Shown here: one piece after another, positions 25,618-33,944 of the stretch | Layout of the letters: every line of letters begins with the position of its first letter | How positions within the stretch are numbered: position 1 is the stretch's first letter | The notes under the pieces: model-generated | Databases searched by the model: none | What the model saw: the letters and a program-made list of their open reading frames with translations, nothing else | Told to the model about the DNA's origin: nothing | Assembly (NCBI GenBank): GCA_963756875.1 | Contig: CAVWPA010000003.1 | Span: 768,001-832,000, forward strand | From: an uncultured Verrucomicrobiae bacterium | GTDB lineage: Bacteria > Verrucomicrobiota > Verrucomicrobiia > Chthoniobacterales > UBA10450 | Length of the DNA: 64,000 nt | Direction of reading: 5' to 3' | Translations under genes and position numbers: made by a program

Positions 25618-28248
25618 TTACGGCGAGTTGGTGAACGTGAACTCGGTTCCGCCGCGCGTGTAATCCTCCAGCGCGAGCCCGAGTGAGTCGGTCTGGTATG
25701 CGTTCCCGCGCAACCCGCACAAGGTCGAGCCGACTCCAATGGTCGGACGGCCGTGTGCGGCGAGATAGGCATTCAGTTTTGCCACCGAAATACGGACACT
25801 GATCTGGCGGACCGACTTGTTGATTGCGCCGCTATCCGCCGCGCCTTGGGACGTGGTATTGATTCCACCGCTGAAACTCCGCGAAGCGGTGCCCCAGTTA
25901 AAGCTGACGGTGCCTAACGGATTTGTCGCTGCTTCGATGTAGAATTGGTCGCCCCGATCGGACAAGCCTTTCGAAAACCGGTTGCCCGCCGGGCCAACAA
26001 TCCCCATTTCGGGCGCGTTGGCAGCGAAATACATCCGCCATGTGCAGTCCGGAGGAACTGTGGTCAGATCCGAGACCGTCATGGTCGCTGTGAGATACAA
26101 GCCCTGCGGCGTACTCTGCGATTGATACCTCACCGACACGATGTCGACCGGACTGTTGGTCGGCGTGGTCGCCAGCAAACCGGAATCCTGGTCCTGCACA
26201 AAGTCGGTGATCTGTTCGCCGTTCGGCCCGGGCTGCATCGGTTGCGGGGCGGGCGCGCCAACTGTTGCCGGCCCTGTGCCCGGTGTAACAAACGGCTGTG
26301 CCGGCAAAGCCGAGCCCTCCTGGGGCGAAGGGAGATTGCCTTTTGTCTTGTCGATGGACGGGCCGCTGATCTGGCGGGTTACGTAAACGTTGCCCGAAAA
26401 ATCGTTGTGATCGTCCGTGTAACCAACGACCGCAGCACCCTGCGGATCGAAATTCACCTGAAAATAATCCGCCAGATTTCGGTTCGGTCCTCCGGTAAGC
26501 ACCAGGCCGCTCAGCGAAATATTTGCGGCATGGTTCACATGATCGCTTGCCTGCGCGTATTGGAACGTCGGATTATCGTCCGTTGCGTTGAATGTCTGGG
26601 CATAGTAGACGCGCCAGCGCGCATTGTCGTCGTTTGTAGGGACACCGCCGCCGTTCACGTTATCCGTGCCGTACCAGACAATGCCCACCGAGCCGGGTGT
26701 TGGGCCGGTCGCCAGCCAGGGGAAGATGTTCATCTTCAAGTTGGGATCGGCCGGATTATTCACCCGTACCGGGCTGCTCCAATGCGCGCCTCGGTCGAGC
26801 GAGGAGATCAGGTAAACGTTTGCGCCATCGGAATACACACCGTAGACGGTCCCCGGACCGGTAAGAGTGTAGGTCCCGTCCGGATTGGTCGTGCGATGAT
26901 CCGCAGCCACGCGCAGGGCGAAGAATATATTCGCCACATTCACGCCCGACGGGGTCGCCTGCACAATCGTGTAACTCGTCGGCGCTTGTCCGGCCACGGT
27001 TGGAATTCCAACTGCCACCTGACCGTCATTGCCGCTGATATAAACCGTCCCGTCGAAACGATCGACGTCGCATGCTCCGGTTTGCGGAAGATTGCCGACC
27101 AGCGTAGCCGGCCCGTAGGTGAGGCCGCCGTCATCGGAGCGCTGCGCGAACGCGATGCCCTGCGCGAAGTTCCGGTACTCGAGATAAACGGTGTGGTCGT
27201 CCAGAAATCCCATCCATTGCCGGTCGTTCACGGGCGCGCCGCCCGCAAAATTTCCAACTCCATTGAACTGGAACGTTTGGCCGAGGTCCATGGATCGGCC
27301 GACCGTGACGTTCGCAGCCGTCAAACTTGCGTAGGCCAGCACCGGATCGGGCGTCGCGTTAAGGCCGAGGCCGTTATCACCGGAGTAGTTGCCGAAACCA
27401 ACGGCAAGATCAATGTCGCCGCCACCGAGCGCGCCGACTTGCAATTGTGCTTGCGCAGCCGCGCTGGAAGGCGAATCCGGTTTGCCGCGATAGAGCGGAA
27501 CGCGCAGGTTCGGATCGTAGTTGGGGTTTGCCATCGTTCCGCCCGGATGCATCGGATCCGGAATCGTCGGCCGCAAATCAAAGTACCAAAGATCGACTCC
27601 GGCAGGGACGCCCTGGATGCCGCAGAAATACGCGTTGCCGGTGCTGTCGATGCGGCTGCTCGGTTCGCTGTCCGCGAGTGCGGTAGGCGCCTTGCAGGCT
27701 GTGTTCGGCGAAAATGTCATTCCGCCCTGGATGTAAGAGGCGCTGCGAACAATCGGTCCGTTGACTAATGTGATCGTTCCTGTGGGCTGATCGGTCGCCG
27801 GAGTGCAGGCGAAGTAGATAACTTCGACATTATACTGTCCTGTCCCGTAAATATTGGGATCGAACGAAGTCGTTTCGCCTGTCTGCGGAGCACCGCCGGC
27901 GGATTCGCCCACCTGCTGCCCATTCGACCCGTCCACGTTGCGCTTAAATATATAGAGATCGCGGTCGTTGGCCGGGTTGATCCAACTGAGGTTGACCGAG
28001 ATGAGCTTACCGGAATAATCGCCGGGCGTGAGAGTCAGCACATAGGTGTCTTTGTTCACGCCCTCGATCCCGTCCGGCTCACTGTCGGCCGCCGTGCCGG
28101 GCGCGGTTCCGGTGAAGGTAAGCGGCGTCGCCGAGGATGGAGTCAGTGTGCCGCTGGCGGGGGTTGTTGCTTTGGTGGCGAAGGCCGGCAGGAGTAGAAA
28201 TGCGATTCCTACTGAGAACAGGCGCGTATAAAGGAGATTCTTTTTCAT
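25618..28248 (-). CDS. Large secreted Asp-box (BNR) beta-propeller protein, paralog A
   Basis: Signal peptide; PPC-like N-terminal domain (LSWINPANDRDLYIF); Asp-boxes SMDLGQTF, SDDGGLTY and SLDRGAHW; collinear with the downstream paralog. Confidence 0.88.
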   Translation of the reverse strand: MKKNLLYTRLFSVGIAFLLLPAFATKATTPASGTLTPSSATPLTFTGTAPGTAADSEPDGIEGVNKDTYVLTLTPGDYSGKLISVNLSWINPANDRDLYIFKRNVDGSNGQQVGESAGGAPQTGETTSFDPNIYGTGQYNVEVIYFACTPATDQPTGTITLVNGPIVRSASYIQGGMTFSPNTACKAPTALADSEPSSRIDSTGNAYFCGIQGVPAGVDLWYFDLRPTIPDPMHPGGTMANPNYDPNLRVPLYRGKPDSPSSAAAQAQLQVGALGGGDIDLAVGFGNYSGDNGLGLNATPDPVLAYASLTAANVTVGRSMDLGQTFQFNGVGNFAGGAPVNDRQWMGFLDDHTVYLEYRNFAQGIAFAQRSDDGGLTYGPATLVGNLPQTGACDVDRFDGTVYISGNDGQVAVGIPTVAGQAPTSYTIVQATPSGVNVANIFFALRVAADHRTTNPDGTYTLTGPGTVYGVYSDGANVYLISSLDRGAHWSSPVRVNNPADPNLKMNIFPWLATGPTPGSVGIVWYGTDNVNGGGVPTNDDNARWRVYYAQTFNATDDNPTFQYAQASDHVNHAANISLSGLVLTGGPNRNLADYFQVNFDPQGAAVVGYTDDHNDFSGNVYVTRQISGPSIDKTKGNLPSPQEGSALPAQPFVTPGTGPATVGAPAPQPMQPGPNGEQITDFVQDQDSGLLATTPTNSPVDIVSVRYQSQSTPQGLYLTATMTVSDLTTVPPDCTWRMYFAANAPEMGIVGPAGNRFSKGLSDRGDQFYIEAATNPLGTVSFNWGTASRSFSGGINTTSQGAADSGAINKSVRQISVRISVAKLNAYLAAHGRPTIGVGSTLCGLRGNAYQTDSLGLALEDYTRGGTEFTFTNSP

Positions 28249-28274
28249 GGGATAGGACGGTGAGGTTGGGTGGC

Positions 28275-29006
28275 TTAGGCGTTGCGACGGAAACGGCGCA
28301 CGTGCGTGCTGAGCACGAGAAGCAACGCAAAGCCGAGCAGGGCGGAGGTCGCCGGTTCGGGAACATTGCTGAAGCTCAGTGTGGTTGTCGCATTGTTCAG
28401 ATCGTTGGTCAGAGCAAGCTCGTTAGGCGCAAGCGCCGTGTCGCTCGGATTGTCGGACACGACGAAAGCAGGCAGAATTCCGTTGCCCGATTGCAAGGCG
28501 GCGAGAATGGCGGTGCCGGTCGTGGCCGGATCGACCATGATCGAAAATGTCTGGGTATCGACAAAACTGTCTCCTCGAAATCCATTCAAAAGAATTCCGG
28601 TGTCGATTCCCCCGGTGTAAACGCCGGTCATGGAATCGTACGTTCCGCCGACATAGAAGTGCAGATGATCGAAATCGAAGTTCGTGGGATCTCCTGTGTT
28701 TGTTCCGGAATTCCCGTCGAACATGGTGAGCGTCAGCGTGATTTGGTTGATGCTGGTTAACGACGTGTAGCTGCCGCTAAAGTCGTAACCGGCGCCCGCA
28801 GTCACCAGCGCAGGGTGATTCAACGGCAGGGCCATCGAAACGTCGTATACGTTCTGATTTTGATCGGTGCCATTGGTTGTGGCGCGGTTGTCTTCGCTCA
28901 CTGTCGAGCTGATCGTCGTTGCCTTGCTCAATGCCGGAGACAAGATCAGCAATGCGATCAGCGCAGGCATCGTCAACATTCGAATGACAAAAGATGAATT
29001 TTTCAT
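28275..29006 (-). CDS. PEP-CTERM sorting domain protein
   Basis: Signal peptide, Thr/Asn/Ser-rich body and C-terminal VPEPATSALLGFALLLVLSTHVRRFRRNA. Confidence 0.92.
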   Translation of the reverse strand: MKNSSFVIRMLTMPALIALLILSPALSKATTISSTVSEDNRATTNGTDQNQNVYDVSMALPLNHPALVTAGAGYDFSGSYTSLTSINQITLTLTMFDGNSGTNTGDPTNFDFDHLHFYVGGTYDSMTGVYTGGIDTGILLNGFRGDSFVDTQTFSIMVDPATTGTAILAALQSGNGILPAFVVSDNPSDTALAPNELALTNDLNNATTTLSFSNVPEPATSALLGFALLLVLSTHVRRFRRNA

Positions 29007-29136
29007 TTGTTTGGGTTCCTGGTTTTGAGACTGTATTCGGATTCGCGAGCGGACCCGGACGTATGGCCTGCAAATTTTTTTCGAGCGTTGCTCGATTGTC
29101 AGGGTGTGCCGCGCGTTGCTTGCGCGAACTAGCTCA

Positions 29137-29391
29137 TTAATGAGAGCGGTGGGACTGCAGGAAGCGCAACCAGCCTCGCCCGAACAAGCTAATCAACTCG
29201 TGCAACGTCGGATCGACCTGCCTCTTCGGCGCCTCCTCTTCAAATGCAGGAGCCGCCGCCCATACTTGGTGCGGGCGACCGGATTTCTTCATCCGTGGCT
29301 GGCGTGGCAGAGGCGGCATCGCCGGAACAGGAATGCGTTCGTTTAGACGATCTTGTTCAAAGGCAGCGCGATTGATCTTAAAACGCCTCAT
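29137..29391 (-). CDS. Possible small hypothetical protein
   Basis: 84-aa ORF (MRRFKINRAAFEQDRL...) filling the gap between two co-oriented genes; no recognisable motif. Confidence 0.3.
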   Translation of the reverse strand: MRRFKINRAAFEQDRLNERIPVPAMPPLPRQPRMKKSGRPHQVWAAAPAFEEEAPKRQVDPTLHELISLFGRGWLRFLQSHRSH

Positions 29392-29537
29392 GGGACGCAG
29401 TGGGGCGTTCTTTAAACGGGGCGCCCTATCCAAGTTCGCTTCTGAGATCATCTATTGGTAGTTCGGACGCGGTTGCCTTGGTGGACGTGTCGCAACCGAC
29501 TTTCGCCTGGAGGCGAACGGGCTGGGAGTCCCGGGAA

Positions 29538-30185
29538 CTATGCGCGAACTCGGCGACGAGACGCCAGCAACAGCGCGATGGTGCCAGCCCCGATTAACGC
29601 CGATGTGCCCGGTTCCGGCACGACCGTAAAATTATCGATGGTGGGCTCCGGATTGCCGACGCCATTCGAAATCTGCATGGCGACCGAGGTGATCGGGCTG
29701 CTGAGAGAATCGTAACCGATGAAAGTGTAAGCGTTGTTAACGCTGGGCGAAGCGATTGTATCCAACACCGTGGCTCCGGAATAAATGGTCAGTTGGTAAG
29801 GCTCGGCCACCGTCTGGCTGGGGCTAATGAGGTCCATGCCGAAGCTGAAAGTGTTCGCCGGCAGCGTGATCAATACACTATCGGCGAGAAACTGACCGTT
29901 GAACGCGTACAGCGCCAGATTGTTCGGCCCGAGAAATGAAAAGTTATTGTTGCCGAGGAACTCAATGTTGTTGCTGGAGGGAACGGCGTCGAAGTTCACA
30001 TTGCCGAGCGGCGTGGGGGCGGTGACGTCGGTATACTGCGTTGGGCCGGGCGTGTAACCGTTGAAGTCGATGACGTAATTGCCGGGGTGCACCAGATCGT
30101 AGGCCGCCCGCGTGTTGTAAATGGTTTGCGCATTTGCGCTGAAAGCCATCGCCGAAAGGAGAAGAGCGAGAATGAATGGTTTCAT
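29538..30185 (-). CDS. PEP-CTERM sorting domain protein
   Basis: MKPFILALLLSAMAFSANA signal peptide and C-terminal VPEPGTSALIGAGTIALLLASRRRVRA. Confidence 0.92.
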   Translation of the reverse strand: MKPFILALLLSAMAFSANAQTIYNTRAAYDLVHPGNYVIDFNGYTPGPTQYTDVTAPTPLGNVNFDAVPSSNNIEFLGNNNFSFLGPNNLALYAFNGQFLADSVLITLPANTFSFGMDLISPSQTVAEPYQLTIYSGATVLDTIASPSVNNAYTFIGYDSLSSPITSVAMQISNGVGNPEPTIDNFTVVPEPGTSALIGAGTIALLLASRRRVRA

Positions 30186-30324
30186 AAGTTCAACAGTTTG
30201 TGGGTAGAATCGAAAAATCCCGAGAAGATGGTCGCCTCGCCGGATCAGTTTTGCGCCCTCTGTGAAGAAATTCTGGCGCTGGCCTCCTCTTCCCCGAGCT
30301 GTAAATCGTTGTTCCTGGGCTGCG

Positions 30325-30353
30325 TTGATTTGTTTCATTGCGGGTGCTAGGTA
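30325..30353 (+). promoter_or_regulatory. Possible sigma70 promoter of ileS
   Basis: TTGATT-17 nt-TAGGTA with an extended -10 TG, about 35 nt upstream of ATG 30388. Confidence 0.35.
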
Positions 30354-30387
30354 GCAGCGGTCCGAAGCCGGACGGGCATTGATTGCG

Positions 30388-33222
30388 ATGAGTCAGAAGA
30401 ATTACAAAGAGACGCTTAACCTCCCGCGCACGGATTTTCCCATGAAGGCGAATCTGTCCGCGCGCGAGCCGGAGCTGCTAAAAATGTGGGACGAGACCGG
30501 ACTCTATCGCGAAATCCAGAACGCGAGAAAGGAATCCGAGCTGTTCGTCCTGCACGATGGGCCGCCGTTCGCCAATGGCGACGTTCATATGGGCACCGCG
30601 CTCAATAAAGTCCTGAAGGATTTCGTGGTGAAATCCCAGACCATGCTTGGCAAACGCGCGCCTTACGTTCCCGGCTGGGACTGTCACGGCCTGCCCATCG
30701 AATACAAGGTGGTAAGGGAATCTCGCGGGCTTTCGCCGCTCGAGATCCGCAAACAATCCGAGGCTTTCGCCCGCAAGTACGTCGATATCCAGCGCGGGCA
30801 ATTCAAGCGCCTCGGCGTTCTTGGCGATTGGGATAATCCGTACCTGACAATGGACCCGAAATATGAGGCCGAAATTTTGCGCGCCTTCGCCGTGTTCGTC
30901 GAAAAAGACCTGGTTTATCAATCGCTCAAGCCGGTTTTTTGGAGCACCGGCGCGCAAACGGCCCTCGCTGAAGCCGAGGTGGAATACCAGGACCGCGACG
31001 ATACCGCTGTTTACGTGAAGTTCCCGATTGTTGGCGGGGCGCGACCGCCGGGCGCGCCGTCTGAATCTGTAGGGGAAGCTGTTAGCTTCCCTCCTGGAAC
31101 CAGCATCGCGATCTGGACGACCACGCCATGGACGTTGCCCGCGAATCTGGCGATCGCCGTCGATCCGAAAGCGACCTATGTCGTCCAGGAGTTTCGAAGG
31201 GTGGGCGAGGGCTCAGCGTCCCAAACTGAAACGCTGCTCCTTGCCGGCAAACTCGTTCCCCAGTTCTGCGCAAATACTGGATTCGAACCAATCGGCGAAC
31301 CGCTGGCATCGTTTCCCGGAGCCAGGATCGAAGCGCTCATCGCGCAGCATCCATTCCTGAACCGGCAATCGGTCGTATTTACTGCCGATTTCGTGACCAT
31401 GGATACTGGCACCGGTGCGGTACATATCGCGCCTGGTCATGGCGAGGACGATTACTTGTTAGGCCGGAAGAATAATTTGCAGATTTTATCCCCGGTTGAC
31501 GATCACGGCCGTTTTACTGACGCGGCCGGTCTGCCCAACTTGACCGGCCAATACGTTTTCGACGCCAATGGCGACATCGTTAATTTGCTGCGCGAGCGTG
31601 GCATGCTGCTCGGCGAAGAGAAATTTCACCACTCGTATCCGTACTGCTGGCGTTCGAAGACGCCGATCATTTTCCGCGCGGTCGAACAGTTCTTCATCCG
31701 CATCGACGAACTGCGGGGCCGCGCCTTGAAAGCGATTCACAAGGAAGTGAAATGGATTCCGGCATGGGGCGAGAACCGCATCGCAGGGACGGTCGAGTCA
31801 CGGCCGGATTGGGTCATCTCACGCCAGCGTAGTTGGGGTGTGCCGTTGCCCGTTTTTTATTCTGCTGATGGCAAACCGATTCTCGACGCCAAGAGTATTC
31901 GAAAGCTTGCCGATTTGGTAGCGGAGCGCGGCTCGAACATTTGGTTCGAACTCAACGACGCCGAGCTGGCGACACAATTGGGATTGCCGGAGGGAACGAC
32001 GCATCGCAACGACACGATCGACGTCTGGATCGACAGCGGTGTATCGCACAAGGCCGTTTGCGCGATGCATCCGGAGCTGCGCGATCCCGCGGACATGTAT
32101 CTCGAAGCGACCGATCAGCATCGCGGCTGGTTTCAGTCTTCCCTCATGACCAGCATCGCTCTGAACGATCGTGCGCCTTACAAAACCTGCGTCACGCACG
32201 GCTTTGTCGTTGATGTGGACGGGAAAAAGATTTCGAAGTCGGGCACGTACGACAAGCCCATGGATGCCGGCCATTTCGTGAACAAACACGGAGCCGATCT
32301 CGTTAGGCTATGGGCGAGCAGCATCGATTACACGGACGACGTTCCTTTTTCGGAAGAAATGTTCACTCGTCTCGGCGATACCTATCGACGGATTCGCAAT
32401 ACGCTGCGCATCCTGGTGGGAAATCTTTATGATTTCCCTGCAGCCGCAGTCACTGGGCCGCGGCCGGCGGCAGCGGCTACAACGATCGATCGCTGGATAT
32501 TGGGACGGCTTGACGAGGTAATCCGCGATTGTCGCGCCGCGTACGAAGCGTACGAGTTTCACAAGGTTTATCACACGCTCAATCAGTTTTGCGCGGTCGA
32601 TCTGAGCAGTTTGTACGTCGACATCACCAAGGACCGGATGTATTGCGACGCGCCCGATTCGCCCCGGAGGCGGGCGACGCAGGCGGCGATGCACGAGATT
32701 TTCAACGCACTCTGCAGATTGCTGGCGCCTGTTCTTGCCTTTACTGCCGAGGAAGCCTGGCAGCATTCGAAGGTCGGCGGATCAATTCACACACAGGAGT
32801 TTCCCGAGGCAAAAAACCGAGGGGGTAAAGCGAGCAGTCAGGTTGCGGAATTGCTGAAATTGCGTGCCGTAATCGGGCAGGCCATCGAAAAGGCGCGACA
32901 GGAAAAAGTGATCGGCAACTCGCTGGAGGCTACTGTCATTTTGAAATCGAGTTCCAATGTGACGGCGAAGATCGGCAAGGAAGAGCTCGAGGAATTCTTT
33001 ATTTTGAGCGACCTGACAATCGAGCAGGCAACGGACACGAGCGCTTTTGTGACAAAGACATCCTTCCAAAAGTGTGCGCGCTGCTGGCGGCATCGCTCGA
33101 CTGTAGGCAAGAGCGAAGCGCATCCGGATCTATGCGACAGATGCGAAGCCGTGGTTGTGAAAACAGGCAGGGATGGCTCTCTCTCCGGGCTGGATGACTC
33201 TACGAGCCGGAAGCCGAGCTAA
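30388..33222 (+). CDS. ileS: Isoleucine-tRNA ligase (type 1)
   Basis: YKETLNLPRTDFPMKANL, LHDGPPFANG, PGWDCHGLPIE, WTTTPWTLPAN, ISRQRSWGVP, DQHRGWFQSS and C-terminal Zn motif CARCW...CDRC; followed by lspA. Confidence 0.98.
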   Translation: MSQKNYKETLNLPRTDFPMKANLSAREPELLKMWDETGLYREIQNARKESELFVLHDGPPFANGDVHMGTALNKVLKDFVVKSQTMLGKRAPYVPGWDCHGLPIEYKVVRESRGLSPLEIRKQSEAFARKYVDIQRGQFKRLGVLGDWDNPYLTMDPKYEAEILRAFAVFVEKDLVYQSLKPVFWSTGAQTALAEAEVEYQDRDDTAVYVKFPIVGGARPPGAPSESVGEAVSFPPGTSIAIWTTTPWTLPANLAIAVDPKATYVVQEFRRVGEGSASQTETLLLAGKLVPQFCANTGFEPIGEPLASFPGARIEALIAQHPFLNRQSVVFTADFVTMDTGTGAVHIAPGHGEDDYLLGRKNNLQILSPVDDHGRFTDAAGLPNLTGQYVFDANGDIVNLLRERGMLLGEEKFHHSYPYCWRSKTPIIFRAVEQFFIRIDELRGRALKAIHKEVKWIPAWGENRIAGTVESRPDWVISRQRSWGVPLPVFYSADGKPILDAKSIRKLADLVAERGSNIWFELNDAELATQLGLPEGTTHRNDTIDVWIDSGVSHKAVCAMHPELRDPADMYLEATDQHRGWFQSSLMTSIALNDRAPYKTCVTHGFVVDVDGKKISKSGTYDKPMDAGHFVNKHGADLVRLWASSIDYTDDVPFSEEMFTRLGDTYRRIRNTLRILVGNLYDFPAAAVTGPRPAAAATTIDRWILGRLDEVIRDCRAAYEAYEFHKVYHTLNQFCAVDLSSLYVDITKDRMYCDAPDSPRRRATQAAMHEIFNALCRLLAPVLAFTAEEAWQHSKVGGSIHTQEFPEAKNRGGKASSQVAELLKLRAVIGQAIEKARQEKVIGNSLEATVILKSSSNVTAKIGKEELEEFFILSDLTIEQATDTSAFVTKTSFQKCARCWRHRSTVGKSEAHPDLCDRCEAVVVKTGRDGSLSGLDDSTSRKPS
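31033..31091. repeat. Two REP/GTAG-like palindromes inserted in frame in ileS
   Basis: GGCGGGGCGCGACCGCCGGGCGCGCCG and TGTAG-GGGAAGCT-GTT-AGCTTCCC, encoding GGARPPGAPSESVGEAVSFP. Confidence 0.75.
32439..32481. repeat. GTAG-type inverted repeat in frame in ileS
   Basis: TGCAGCCGC...GCGGCTACA, encoding AAAVTGPRPAAAAT. Confidence 0.65.
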
Positions 33223-33287
33223 TTAATAGGCATGAGCGAAATGCAGATAACGAACGAAGTCGGACGTTTCGGAGAAACGTCCCTACC
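33166..33287. repeat. GTAG-type REP pair spanning the ileS 3' end and the ileS-lspA gap
   Basis: GGCAGGGATGGCTCTC... and the perfect hairpin GGACGTTTC-GGA-GAAACGTCC followed by CTACC (GGTAG on the minus strand). Confidence 0.65.
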
Positions 33288-33296
33288 CGGAACGGA

Positions 33297-33818
33297 ATGA
33301 AATACATTTTCTTTCTCTCTTTACCGCTCTACCTGCTCGATCGCTTCACGAAATATCTCGTTTTGAGCCGTATCAGCCCCGACGAGCCGCGCATCGTGGT
33401 GGCAAATTTTTTTCATCTGGTAAATATCACCAATACCGGTGCCGCATTTGGTTCGTTCAAGAATCACAGTGTCTTCTTCATTATTATTTCATGTGTGGCT
33501 GTCTTTTTTGCGCTGGTGTTGCTTCTCGGACACCCTGAGACATCGAAGAGCGAAAAGCCGGCAACTTCTCTTTGGTGGGCTCGCGATGCCTGGCGCGACG
33601 TTTCGCTCGCCCTGCTCCTGGCCGGCGTCCTCGGTAATCTGACCGATCGCCTTCTTTACGGGCACGTGATCGATTTTCTCCTTTTCGATCTCCATGTGCC
33701 TTTCGCTCATCCGTGGCCGGCGTTCAATGTCGCCGATTCCTGCATCTGTATGGCCGTTGTTTTCTTCATGATTCACTCCTTCCGCCACGATAAACGTGCT
33801 GAGGGACCGGCGGATTAG
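33297..33818 (+). CDS. lspA: Lipoprotein signal peptidase II
   Basis: DRFTK, NTGAAFG, GVLGNLTDRL..GHVIDF and WPAFNVADS. Confidence 0.96.
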   Translation: MKYIFFLSLPLYLLDRFTKYLVLSRISPDEPRIVVANFFHLVNITNTGAAFGSFKNHSVFFIIISCVAVFFALVLLLGHPETSKSEKPATSLWWARDAWRDVSLALLLAGVLGNLTDRLLYGHVIDFLLFDLHVPFAHPWPAFNVADSCICMAVVFFMIHSFRHDKRAEGPAD

Positions 33819-33819
33819 C

Positions 33820-33937
33820 TGTAGCCGAGAAGGTCTGTGGCGGTGGTCGATGACTGCCCGATGCCGCGATTTAATTTATGCGACGGTCATCCGCCTTCGC
33901 CAGAAAATTACGGCGCGACAAGTAGACCGCCGCTACA
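33820..33937. repeat. Intergenic GTAG-type REP pair
   Basis: TGTAGCCG..., then TGTGGCGGTGGTC... pairing with ...GACCGCCGCTACA. Confidence 0.7.
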
Positions 33938-33944
33938 ATAGGAC

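Noticed and set aside
25945..27768. 607-aa plus-strand ORF
   Set aside because: Antisense shadow of the 876-aa secreted protein; Arg-rich with no motifs, typical of GC-rich codon bias.
29095..29135. Sigma-54 promoter or enhancer for PEP-CTERM genes
   Set aside because: Only a partial match (no GG-N10-GC on the correct strand), and no shared motif was seen upstream of the three PEP-CTERM genes.
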